Positions 1-8,982 of a stretch of DNA of 64,000 bases are shown one piece after another (position 1 is the first letter of the stretch; each line of letters starts with the position of its first letter). Made by a program: the position numbers and the translations under genes. The notes beneath the pieces were generated by a model. The model searched no databases. It was not told the DNA's origin and saw nothing but the letters and a program-made list of their open reading frames with translations. The stretch spans positions 2,625,693 to 2,689,692 of the forward strand of contig CBDFKO010000002.1 of the NCBI GenBank assembly GCA_965248845.1, given 5' to 3'. This DNA is from Acidobacteriota bacterium. GTDB lineage: Bacteria > Acidobacteriota > UBA890 > WLXD01.

Positions 1-7
1 CGTGTAC

Positions 8-95
8 GGACCGAGGCTACTGCCGGGTTTCATCTGAGACACCTGTCGCCGTGGCAACCTGACTCTATTCGAGCCGATCGGTCGAGTCGACGAGC
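8..95. repeat. 88-bp segment about 80% identical to 3786..3874
   Basis: Aligned by eye at roughly 70/88 identities with one 1-nt gap. Covers the last ~10 codons (..VDSTDRLE, TAG at 65..67) of the DUF2723-like ORF plus its downstream flank. Contains the palindrome GTCGAGTCGAC (81..91). Confidence 0.8.
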
Positions 96-1947
96 AATCC
101 GGCGGTCAGCTCGAGCGCCAGCACCGAATCGGGATCGATCTGCACGATCGCCTGACCGCTCGTTGCCACCGAGCCAAACGCGACGACAGTAGTCCACTCG
201 CCGTTGCGCAGCAGCGCGGGGTCGACACCGATCGACTCGAGAAGTCCGCGCGCCGCCTCCAGTGCCGCTCCCCGCGAATCGCTCACTGCCAGAACCACGA
301 GATCGCCAGGCTGAAGGCGCTCGCGGACTTTTGGCAACGCCCACTCGGCCCCGGCGTCATCGGCCGCGAACCTCAGCACGGCCTTCATGCGCCGGTCGAG
401 AGGATCGGCGACGGCAACGCTGACGGCGTCGTCGAAGGCGTGCCGGCGAATACGGCCATCGGCATAGGTGACCACCAGCTGCGCACGAGCGCGCGGGTCG
501 AAGCTCAGCGTCACTGGCGGCGTGCCGAGATCTCGGGTTGTGAAGTGGTATGGGCTCAGCAGCAAGGTCCGATCGACCTCGACATGGCCCCGAGCAATCA
601 CCGACCCGTTATCGGGGCTCAGCGCGACCAGATGCAAGCCAGACGCGTTGCGTCCTTCGGCAATCATCGGGGCCGGCCGGCCGAGCTCCTGGCCACCCAT
701 GGTGATGTAGCCAGCGCCCCCGGTGTCACTGCTCTCGGCCAGGATCCGAATCTCCTCGGCCAGGCGTCCGGCCAGCCCGTCTGGGAGATCCCCGGGAAGG
801 CGCAACGTCGCGGCACGCGCGTCGAGCACCTCGACCCCCGGTTCTTCAGACCCAGCCCACCCGACTCCGGCGTACGCCGTGCCCTCCTGCTGCACCAGGG
901 CCAGGCCCAGGCCCGCCGCTGCCAAGGCTTCGGCAAGCTCGCGGCGACGCGGCCCGGAAGCGGGGACGGCGCCTGCCACGAGAACCGTGGCGCGCGGCGG
1001 CAGACCGGCGAGCAACTCCGCGAGCGAGCCGCGGCTGGAGCGAAGCTCGAAGTCGACGCCACGAGCTGCGAGCTCGCGCATGAAACCAAGATCGCGACCA
1101 ACCAGAGCACGACCGGTTATGTAGAGGCGCTCGCCGATCACCTCGTCCAGCGCCACGAAGTCGAGCCCGCGGCTTTCCAGACCCTGGGTGAGCTCGTAGA
1201 ACGTCTCGACCAGGCGACCGTGGTAGTCGCGGTTCTCGGCGCGAGTGATCACGGTCGCGTCCGCGCCGGCGGCGGCGATCAGGTCGTCGTGGTTGAAGAC
1301 GTTGCCCTCGGGCGCCACGTACATGCGCGCGTATGCTGCGGGAACGTTCAGTGCCAGGAGAGCAAGCACCCCGATGACGGTCCCGGTCGTCACGGCAAGC
1401 CGCGTAGTCCGCCTTACGGAGTCGAGTCCCACGCCGACCGCTACCGCAAACACCAGATAGGCCGGCAGGTAGTAGATGTGCTTGTCGCTGGCGTTGAACA
1501 ACAGGACGAGGATCCAGCTCGCCAGCCCGGCAAACAGCACGAACACGACATCAGCGGTCCTACGATCCAGCAGAGCACGGAGCCCCAGCGCCCCCAGAAA
1601 CATGGCCAACGGCAGGAACTGCTGGTTGAGCAGCCAGAAGAAGCGCGACAGCTCACCCTGCAGGATCGCGCCTATCGAGTAGCTGACGATCGTAGACTCG
1701 GGACGGTAACGACGAGCCAGCGGTAGCGTCATCACCTCGCCAAGCGACGCACCAGGGTCAACCGCCTCCAGGTAGAGAAACTCCCCGTGTGCCTGCGAAT
1801 ACACGTGCAGGTAGGGCAGGAAGAACGCCAACAACATGGCGGCCAGGCACCCCAATGCGAGCCGTGAGGAAAGCGATCGACGATTCGCCAACAGGAGCAC
1901 CGCCACCGGCGCAAGCACCACCCAGAGCTGTGGATGGTGACCGGCCC

Positions 1948-3260
1948 CTAGCAGGCTGCTGAAAAACGGCTCGAGCGCGCCATTTTGGGCTGGATCGTCT
2001 CGATCAAGGTGAGTTGCCCGGCCGCCGTGTGCGAGTGCGAGGCTCTGGTTGCCGGCCGCGCCGGTATTTCTTGGGCGGTTAGTCCCGATATCGTCACGTC
2101 GCCCCCTGGAGGTTGCGCATTCTGACCAGGTTGAAGGCAGCGGCGGTGAAGGTGAACATCCAATCGACGCGTTCGGTGCCTCGGTGCCGCGTCTTGCGCA
2201 TCAGCCCGACCGTCTTGGCCCATCCGAACATCTGCTCGACGAGCTTGCGTTTCCTTTGACTGACCTGGTAGCCGGGGTGGCGGGTTGTGCGCCGGTCGAT
2301 GGCGCTGCGCCGATTGGTGTCGTTCTGTGCGACGTGCGGGGTGATGTTCCGATCTCGAAGCTTACGGACGCACTCGCGTGTGTCGTAGCCCTTGTCGGCC
2401 GCCAAGGTCACCCTGCGGTTACCGGAAATCTTGTCCGCCATTTGCACCGCCGCCTCTCGTTCCGCTGTCCCGGAAGCGATCGTTACGCATGCCTTGGTTG
2501 CTAACCCGTGGCGGTTGTCGATCATCAGGTGCCCCATGTAGCAGAGCTTCGACTCGGCTCCCTTACTCTTCTTGTATAGGCGTGCCTCCGGGTCGGTCCT
2601 GGAGGCGTGAGTATCGTTTGTGCGCCGTTGTTTGCGAAAATCGACGCTCGGGTTGCTGCCGCCCTCATCGGAGTCGCTCTGATCCTTCGGCTTGAAGCTC
2701 TTGTGCGAGGCCCACGCCTCGATCAGCGTGCCGTCCACCGTGAAGTGCTCATCCGATAGCAGACCGCGGCGCCGTGCCTCCGCCAGCACTTCCTGGAAGA
2801 ACACCTCGGCGACCTCGCCTCCCAACACTCGATCCCGGTTCTTCGTGAACACCGTCGCATCCCACACCAGATCGTCCATGTTCAGGCCCACAAACCACCG
2901 GAACAGCAGGTTGTAGTCGAGCTGCTCCATCAGCATGCGCTCGGAGCGAATCGTGTACAGCACCTGCAGCAGCAGCGCCCGCAGCAGTTTCTCCGGCGGG
3001 ATAGACGGACGGCCCGTGTGCGAGTACAGCTTCTCGAACAGCGGCGACATCCGCCCCAGCACGTCGTTGACGATCCTCAGCAGCGACCGCAGCGGATGCT
3101 CTTTCGGTACTCGCTGCTCTGGAGATACGTAACTAAAAACCGCCACCTGTCCCGCGTCCTCACCACGCATCTGCTCACCTCGTTGATGCTTCGGTTCTTG
3201 CCGCGGGCTGCGTGGTTCAAAATCTACTCGAACAAGGGGAGTTTTTCAGCAGCCTGCTAA
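1948..3260 (-). mobile_element. IS5-family insertion sequence, copy 1 (1313 bp)
   Basis: Perfect 16-bp terminal inverted repeat CAGGCTGCTGAAAAAC. Flanked by CTAG (1948..1951) and CTAA (3257..3260). Carries a single transposase ORF. Confidence 0.95.
2094..3170 (-). CDS. IS5-family DDE transposase (358 aa)
   Basis: ORF track. The N-terminal part SPEQRVPKEHPLR..GRPSIPPEKLLRALLLQ matches the DUF772-type transposase domain. DDE-type motifs FTVDGTLIEA, AADKGYD and KLVEQMFGWAK are present. Confidence 0.95.
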   Translation of the reverse strand: MRGEDAGQVAVFSYVSPEQRVPKEHPLRSLLRIVNDVLGRMSPLFEKLYSHTGRPSIPPEKLLRALLLQVLYTIRSERMLMEQLDYNLLFRWFVGLNMDDLVWDATVFTKNRDRVLGGEVAEVFFQEVLAEARRRGLLSDEHFTVDGTLIEAWASHKSFKPKDQSDSDEGGSNPSVDFRKQRRTNDTHASRTDPEARLYKKSKGAESKLCYMGHLMIDNRHGLATKACVTIASGTAEREAAVQMADKISGNRRVTLAADKGYDTRECVRKLRDRNITPHVAQNDTNRRSAIDRRTTRHPGYQVSQRKRKLVEQMFGWAKTVGLMRKTRHRGTERVDWMFTFTAAAFNLVRMRNLQGAT

Positions 3261-3785
3261 GGCTGCTCCAATGCAGAGCGCCACAAGCCAGCGAGCCGAT
3301 CGGGACTGATGCCAGCGAACCCCGGCAAAGAGCGTGCCCGCGAACAAGAAGAGGGTCAGGCTGTGGATCTCGGCATCGGTGGCCATCAGCCAATGCGTGC
3401 CCGAGAGACCGAACAGGAGAGTCGTGAGGGCCGCGATCCACAGCCTGCCTGTGAGCGCCCGAACCATCAGCAGCAGCAGGAGATTCGCGCCTCCCGCCCA
3501 GATGGCCGAGAACGCATTCATCTGATTCGCCAAGGAACCCGGCAACGGAAGTTGCAGCCATGCGCGCCCGAGAAGCGTGTAGAGCGGGTAACCGGGCTGG
3601 TGCGCGACGCCCAGGACGCTCGGGACGAACTGGAACTTGGCAGAGTCACCTGGACCGATGCGACCGCCGACCCCTGGGAACAGGGTGGTCAGGTAGACCG
3701 TCAACGGCAGCGCCACGGCCAGAACGGCGGCTGCGATCTCGAGTCGGCGAAGTCCTTGGGTGCTCATCTCTATCTGGCGGAAATG

Positions 3786-3874
3786 GGACCGAGACTCTTG
3801 CCGGATTCCATCTGAGACACCGGGGTCCCGTGGCGACCCAACTGTATTCGAGACAACCGGTCGAGTCGACGGGC
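3786..3874. repeat. Second copy of the 88-bp repeat (partner 8..95)
   Basis: Lies 19 nt upstream of the DUF2723 start (3767) and 47 nt upstream of the divergent gene at 3921. Holds the same palindrome GTCGAGTCGAC (3860..3870). The position equivalent to the TAG stop reads TAC here. Confidence 0.8.
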
Positions 3875-3920
3875 ACTTCACCTTGCGGCGGCCGGCGGAT
3901 TCGAACAGAGTTGCGCCGCG

Positions 3921-4931
3921 ATGACACGAACCGTGAATTACCGCAGTGCTCGAGCGCCCGGCGAGCGCCTCGATGGCGGTGCGTTGCGGCGATCGCTGGT
4001 GAGTTTGCTCTGCGTGCTGGGCGTGAGTTGCTCCGGTGCCGCGCCCCCAGACGCCTCGCCCGACGCCCTCGAGAACGCACCCCAGCGCCAGGACGAGTCG
4101 TTCGAGCTCCCCGATACGGGACCTCCGGAGTTCGCGCCTGGCCGGGGCCCACGGGTGGGCATCGACGAAGCGCACCACAACTACCACACCGCGGACGGCC
4201 GCTACCGTGCGTTCGCTGAGTTGCTTCAGCGCGACGGCTACCGGGTCGCGGGGTTCGCGCACGAGCTGACTGCCGAGTCGTTGTCGGGCATCGACGTGCT
4301 GGTGATCTCGAACGCTGTCTCGGCCGAGAACGAAGACGACTGGTCGCTGCCGAACCATCCGGCTTTCAGCGAGGCCGAGGTGGCCGCCGCGGGCGCATGG
4401 GTACACGCCGGGGGCAGTCTCATGCTGATCGCCGACCACATGCCGATGCCGGGCGCCACGGCATCGCTGGCGCGCGCCTTCGGGGTGCTGTTTCACGACG
4501 GGTTCGCGTACAACGCCGACGACACCGGCCTCATGACCTTCGCCAAGGAGGACGGGCGCCTGGCCGAGCACGGGGTGACGCACGACATCCCCGCTGTCAT
4601 GACGTTCACCGGACAGGCCTTTCTCCTCGCACCCGGCACCGACGGCGAGCCCCTCATGCTCCTGGAGCCGGGGTCCTACGTGCTGCTTCCCCCCGTCGCC
4701 TGGGAGTTCGATGACTCGACGCCGAGGATACCGGCGGACGGCATGATCCAGGGCGCATTGCTGCGACACGGCAGCGGCCGCGTCGCGGTCTTCGGCGAGG
4801 CCGCGGCGTTCTCGGCGCAGCTCGGCAGCGGCAGCAGCACTCCGATGGGAATGAACTCACCGGATGCGCCGTACAACGCGCGCTTCCTGCTCAACGTCAT
4901 GCGTTGGCTGACGGACAAGGAGAATCCATGA
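3921..4931 (+). CDS. Putative lipoprotein, function unknown
   Basis: 336-aa ORF with high GC3 and a lipobox-like LGVSC. Any DUF4350/GATase1-like resemblance is tentative. Confidence 0.7.
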   Translation: MTRTVNYRSARAPGERLDGGALRRSLVSLLCVLGVSCSGAAPPDASPDALENAPQRQDESFELPDTGPPEFAPGRGPRVGIDEAHHNYHTADGRYRAFAELLQRDGYRVAGFAHELTAESLSGIDVLVISNAVSAENEDDWSLPNHPAFSEAEVAAAGAWVHAGGSLMLIADHMPMPGATASLARAFGVLFHDGFAYNADDTGLMTFAKEDGRLAEHGVTHDIPAVMTFTGQAFLLAPGTDGEPLMLLEPGSYVLLPPVAWEFDDSTPRIPADGMIQGALLRHGSGRVAVFGEAAAFSAQLGSGSSTPMGMNSPDAPYNARFLLNVMRWLTDKENP

Positions 4932-5275
4932 CCGAAGCGTGGCTCTTCGCCCGGCTGAACCCCGACGACATCTTCGCGCGGCTGCACCACTTCTCGCTGG
5001 TGAAACGTTACGACGATTGCGAGATCGAGTACGTGATCACCGTGCACGAGTACGGCCCGAGCCAGGACGAGTCGCGCCGCTTCGTGGCCCGTACCGACAG
5101 AATGACCAACCAGAAGACCGCCTCCTATCGGCCCATGGGCTGGGGCGCCACGCTGTTCGACGCCCTGTCGCGTTGCGTGCGCGAGGTCCACCGCTTCCCC
5201 TACGAGGGGGAGGACATGAAGCCGGCGGGAACCGCCAAGCGGGAATGGACGGTCGAGGAGGGGGACGAATCATGA
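4928..5275 (+). CDS. Hypothetical protein (115 aa)
   Basis: The ATG at 4928 overlaps the upstream stop (ATGA). GC3 is high throughout. No family recognised. Confidence 0.6.
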   Translation: MTEAWLFARLNPDDIFARLHHFSLVKRYDDCEIEYVITVHEYGPSQDESRRFVARTDRMTNQKTASYRPMGWGATLFDALSRCVREVHRFPYEGEDMKPAGTAKREWTVEEGDES

Positions 5276-5415
5276 GGGACGTAAGGGGCATGCTGTTCGT
5301 CATCCTGGTGTGTTCATGACCCAGCTCATCCCGGCGGACGGCCTCGACCTGCAGGACAAGTTCCGCGCCCTCGTCTACCAGTCGATCGTTCGATGAATCA
5401 CGTCGGGCGCACCCC

Positions 5416-6534
5416 ATGACGGCGCCCACCGCAAGGCTCGAATCTCTCGACGCTTTCCGCGGTCTCACCATCGCGGGCATGATCCTGGTGAACAACCCCG
5501 GGACCTGGGCGCACGTCTACGCGCCGCTGCGCCACGCCGAGTGGCACGGCTGGACGCCCACCGACCTGATCTTCCCCTTCTTTGTGTTCATTGTCGGCGT
5601 GGCGATGCCCTTCGCGTTCGACCGTTACCGGGACGGTGCGACCGGTGACCAGCGCGCGCTCTACACCCGTGTGTTCCGTCGTGCTGCGCTGATCGTCCTG
5701 CTGGGGCTGGCGCTCACCGGGCTACCGCGCCTCGACCTCTCGGAGATCCGTTTTCCCGGTGTGCTGCAGCGCATCGGCGTCGTCTACCTGCTGACGTCGC
5801 TGGTGGTGCTGAACACGACGCGCCGCGCCCAGGCCTGGATCGCCGCCGGCCTTCTCGTTCTCTACCAGCTCCTGATGACCTGGGTGCCGGTTCCGGGACA
5901 CGGCCCGGGCAACCTGGCCCCCGACGCCAATCTGGGCGCCTGGCTCGACCGCCTCCTGCTCGGGCAGCAGCACCTGTGGCAGAACCGACCGTGGGACCCC
6001 GAGGGGCTGCTGAGCACGATCCCGGCTGTCTCGACCTGCCTGCTCGGGGTATTCGCGGGGCGCTGGGTGCGCAGCGGCAGGGACCGGCGTGAGATCGCTG
6101 GCTGGATGCTGGTGAGCGGCTGGATGCTCATCCTGCTCGGTCTGGCCTGGAGCATCTGGTTCCCGATCAACAAGAACCTGTGGACCAGCTCGTACGTGCT
6201 GTTCACCGCCGGCGCGGCGCTCGAGGTGCTCGGGGTCTGCTACTGGCTCATCGACGTGGCCAGCATCCGACGCTGGGCTCGGCCGGCGATCGTCTACGGC
6301 CGCAACCCGCTGTTCGTCTACGTGCTGTCCGGCTTCCTCGTGAAGGCCCTGCTGATGATCCGGGTGGGAAGCGGCGAGGCAGCCACGAGCCTGTACGCCT
6401 GGCTGTACCGCACCCTGTTCGCCACCTGGCTGGCGCCGGTCAACGCGTCGCTGGCCTTCGCGCTGAGCATGGTCACGGCGATGTGGCTGGTGGCCTGGGT
6501 GCTCGACCGACGCAGTATCTACATACGCGTCTGA
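5416..6534 (+). CDS. DUF5009 / heparan-alpha-glucosaminide N-acetyltransferase-like membrane acyltransferase
   Basis: N-terminal RLESLDAFRGLTIAGMILVNNPG..DLIFPFFVFIVGVA is characteristic of the family. The protein is polytopic. Confidence 0.85.
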   Translation: MTAPTARLESLDAFRGLTIAGMILVNNPGTWAHVYAPLRHAEWHGWTPTDLIFPFFVFIVGVAMPFAFDRYRDGATGDQRALYTRVFRRAALIVLLGLALTGLPRLDLSEIRFPGVLQRIGVVYLLTSLVVLNTTRRAQAWIAAGLLVLYQLLMTWVPVPGHGPGNLAPDANLGAWLDRLLLGQQHLWQNRPWDPEGLLSTIPAVSTCLLGVFAGRWVRSGRDRREIAGWMLVSGWMLILLGLAWSIWFPINKNLWTSSYVLFTAGAALEVLGVCYWLIDVASIRRWARPAIVYGRNPLFVYVLSGFLVKALLMIRVGSGEAATSLYAWLYRTLFATWLAPVNASLAFALSMVTAMWLVAWVLDRRSIYIRV

Positions 6535-6581
6535 TCGTCAGCGCTAGAAAGAGCTTCCGGGGAGGCCATTACCGGCAGAGC

Positions 6582-6890
6582 TCATGGCTTCCTCCGTATC
6601 GTTAACCCGAAAGAGTGCGCTGCTTCTACTTCGGCCGCTTTGCTGCTGTTCCAGATGTCCTGGTGCAGCTTCCAGGCACGTCATTCTTCCAAACCACGAT
6701 GTACTTGCCGTGGTCGATGACGCCGCCGGCCTCCTCATCGGCGGTGGCCATGAAGATCACGTCGCGATCGAGCGGCACCCCGGAGCGATGCAGGGCCAGG
6801 AAGGCCTGCAGGTGCAGGGCGCCTCGGCACGCTGCAGTACACCGGCGGTTGGCGGCTGCACGACGGCGAGCGCCAGCGCCACTCCAGAGC
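6582..6890 (-). pseudogene. SnoaL/DUF4440-like remnant with at least two frameshifts
   Basis: Three frames each carry a family-like piece. These are ..VVQPPTAGVLQ.., then GALHLQAFLALHRSGVPLDRDVIFMATADEEAGGVIDHGKYIVVWKND, then AWKLHQDIWNSS.. ending at TGA 6582..6584. The shifts lie near 6677..6681 and about 6815..6830. The 5' end abuts the LysR stop. Confidence 0.45.
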
Positions 6891-6902
6891 TCGGAAGTAA
6901 AA

Positions 6903-7799
6903 TCAAGCGAACAGCTCCGTTTGCGCGGCGGAGCAGATCGCTGAGACAGCTGGGTGCCGGATCTTCCGTTGCACGGAGATGGCATAAAACCGCTCTGTGA
7001 CATCCTTGGCTGTTCCAACGACCTGCACCTGATACTGCCTCTGCACCTCAGCTTCGATCACAGAGGGAACCGCGAATATGCCGACGCCGGCTTGACCAAA
7101 GATCTTGATCAAGGCGCTGTCTTCGAACTCTCCTACAACGATGGGATGCACACCCTCGGCGTCGAACCATCGATCGAGTCCACGCCGAAGGACCGTACCG
7201 TTGGATGGCAGGAGGATCGGAGCGCCGTCCAACGACGCAGGAAACCCCTCCCGGCAGGCATCGGCCAGGCCGCCGGCCGCCATGAGCGTTACGCCGCACT
7301 TCCCCAGCAGGTGGTTGTACGCTCGGACCCTTACCTCACTGGTGATGGGCGTATCGGAAAGGACCACGTCGAGACCGTGAATCGCCAACTCGGCGAGAAG
7401 CTGGTTGGCTGGCGCCTCGAGACAGACGATTCGGACAGGTTCCTCCATACGAAGTGCGGGCTTCAGCAACTCGTGGACGACGAGCTTGGGCATGATGTCG
7501 ACGACCCCGACCACGAGCCGCAGGGAACGACCACGCGTTTGCCCCCGGAGCGTCTCCAACAGCTCCCGGCCGGTCGAGAAGATATCGTCCGCGTACCGAT
7601 AGACCACCTGGCCGATTTCAGTTAAGACCAGCCGGCGACCAGACCGGTTGAAGAGTTTCTCCCCGAGAGCCGCTTCCAGCCCCTTGATCTGGGTGCTGAC
7701 CGTTTGCGGCGTCAGATTCAGCTCCTCGCTCGCTCGGGTCAGATTGCCTCTTTGCGCCACAGCCCAGAAATAGCGCAAATGGTGGTAGTTGAGAGTCAT
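6903..7799 (-). CDS. LysR-family transcriptional regulator (NhaR-like)
   Basis: MTLNYHHLRYFWAVAQRGNLTRASEELNLTPQTVSTQIKGLE is a LysR HTH resembling NhaR. GGAGG lies upstream of the ATG at 7799. The upstream 200 aa of the track ORF look non-coding. Confidence 0.9.
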   Translation of the reverse strand: MTLNYHHLRYFWAVAQRGNLTRASEELNLTPQTVSTQIKGLEAALGEKLFNRSGRRLVLTEIGQVVYRYADDIFSTGRELLETLRGQTRGRSLRLVVGVVDIMPKLVVHELLKPALRMEEPVRIVCLEAPANQLLAELAIHGLDVVLSDTPITSEVRVRAYNHLLGKCGVTLMAAGGLADACREGFPASLDGAPILLPSNGTVLRRGLDRWFDAEGVHPIVVGEFEDSALIKIFGQAGVGIFAVPSVIEAEVQRQYQVQVVGTAKDVTERFYAISVQRKIRHPAVSAICSAAQTELFA

Positions 7800-7816
7800 C
7801 CTGGGACCTCCGTTAG

Positions 7817-7831
7817 TTCGATATTCTCGAA
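7817..7831. promoter_or_regulatory. Candidate LysR box TTCGA-N5-TCGAA (T-N11-A type dyad)
   Basis: A perfect 5-bp dyad inside a conspicuous low-GC island (about 7810..7890). The island lies between the divergent LysR and Usp genes. Confidence 0.4.
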
Positions 7832-8146
7832 TTAATGCTACTGAAGTTTCGAATAGACAGAAAGATCGAGCGATGATACAAACCCATCGAAAGGTGCCGT
7901 GGTGTCCAGCTCCGCGTGTCCTTTCCCTGGGCCGATTCTCGGCGAGCGTCGATCGCGTCCGCGTCGTGCTCGCCGACAAGAACAAGGCCAGGGCGGCACC
8001 GACAGGAGCTTGTTGCCTCGAAGTGCCGCTCTCGGGGCTGTCAGCTTCGAGTTGTTCGGTCTGGGGGTTTCCCGGGTCGCCAGGCGGATCCGAGTCCCAG
8101 GCTGGCTGAGACTCTCTAAGTCTCGCCGTTTCGAGGGCATCGCAAG

Positions 8147-8824
8147 ATGATGAGGGTCGCGCGCATTCTCTGCCCCGTCGATTTCTCCGGCGCAACGCGT
8201 GCCGGGCTACGGCCGGCGGTTTCGATGGCGACCGAGCACGGCACCGAATTAATCCTGCTCCACGTTCTGAATTATCCCGCCTACTCGGCGTCCCAAGTCG
8301 ACTCTCGCTACCTCGACATCGAGGCCTACTACCAGAAAAGCGAAAAGCTCGCCCATTCTGAGCTCGAACGATTGCTCGACACAGAGACCCGCCGCTTTTG
8401 CCGCACACGGAACTTGGTCGTGAGAGGGACCGCCTACCAAGACATTGTCCGCGTAGCGAACGAGGAAGAGGTTGACGTGGTCGTAATGCCGACCCACAGC
8501 CACACCGGGGTCTTCAATACCGTGACCGGTAGCGTAACTGCCAGGGTGCTGCGCCTCGCCTCATGCCCGCTGATGACGGTCGCGTCGCAACATGCGAAAC
8601 AGCGCGCGTTCTCGGTCTCGAAGATCATCTGCACTACCGATTTCTCAGATCTCGCGAAGGTTGCGTTCCACCATGCGGTATCCATCGCTTCGGGGTACGG
8701 CGCGGACCTCTTGATGCTTCACGTTTCAGCGTTGAGGGAGCACCAGACAAACCCGACGTGGCGCGTGCCATCGCCTTCTGAGGATGAGCGCGAAACGGTG
8801 GAGCATGTTCCGCCGGGAAGGTAA
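8147..8824 (+). CDS. Universal stress protein; second Usp domain appears incomplete
   Basis: The first domain is complete (ARILCPVDFS..VVVMPTHSHTG..GSVTARVLRLASCPLMTV). The second starts (KIICTTDFSD..LLMLHV) but lacks the G-x2-G..GS end of the fold. Confidence 0.75.
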   Translation: MMRVARILCPVDFSGATRAGLRPAVSMATEHGTELILLHVLNYPAYSASQVDSRYLDIEAYYQKSEKLAHSELERLLDTETRRFCRTRNLVVRGTAYQDIVRVANEEEVDVVVMPTHSHTGVFNTVTGSVTARVLRLASCPLMTVASQHAKQRAFSVSKIICTTDFSDLAKVAFHHAVSIASGYGADLLMLHVSALREHQTNPTWRVPSPSEDERETVEHVPPGR

Positions 8825-8982
8825 TACGGCTCGCGCCCTGCCCAGTCCTGACTGTCAAAGCCCGACCCACTTCCGCGCGCGCTGGTAAGGCATAGGCACC
8901 TTGTTGACTTCGCCGCGGCGCTGATCGGGCACGGCATCGAAGCGTTCAACGTGCTGCGACTCAAGGGGGTCAAGTAAGACCG

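Larger units (their letters stand above)
65..3767 (-). pseudogene. DUF2723 (TMEM260-like) polytopic membrane protein split by IS copy 1
   Basis: 5' part is 3261..3767 (ATG at 3767, MSTQGLRRLEIAAAV..). It carries the DUF2723-type motif GDSAKFQF..LGVAHQPGYPLYTLLG. 3' part is 65..1947 (the 618-aa ORF in the track). Removing 1309 nt (IS plus one CTAR) joins GCA GCC TTA|GGG GCC GGT in frame (3767 and 1921+1309 are congruent mod 3). Confidence 0.85.

Noticed and set aside
5316-5396. A 26-codon high-GC3 ORF ([26 protein letters not shown]) between two genes.
   Set aside because: It is too short to assign. It could be another gene remnant, but I cannot name a family or show a frame-continuous partner.
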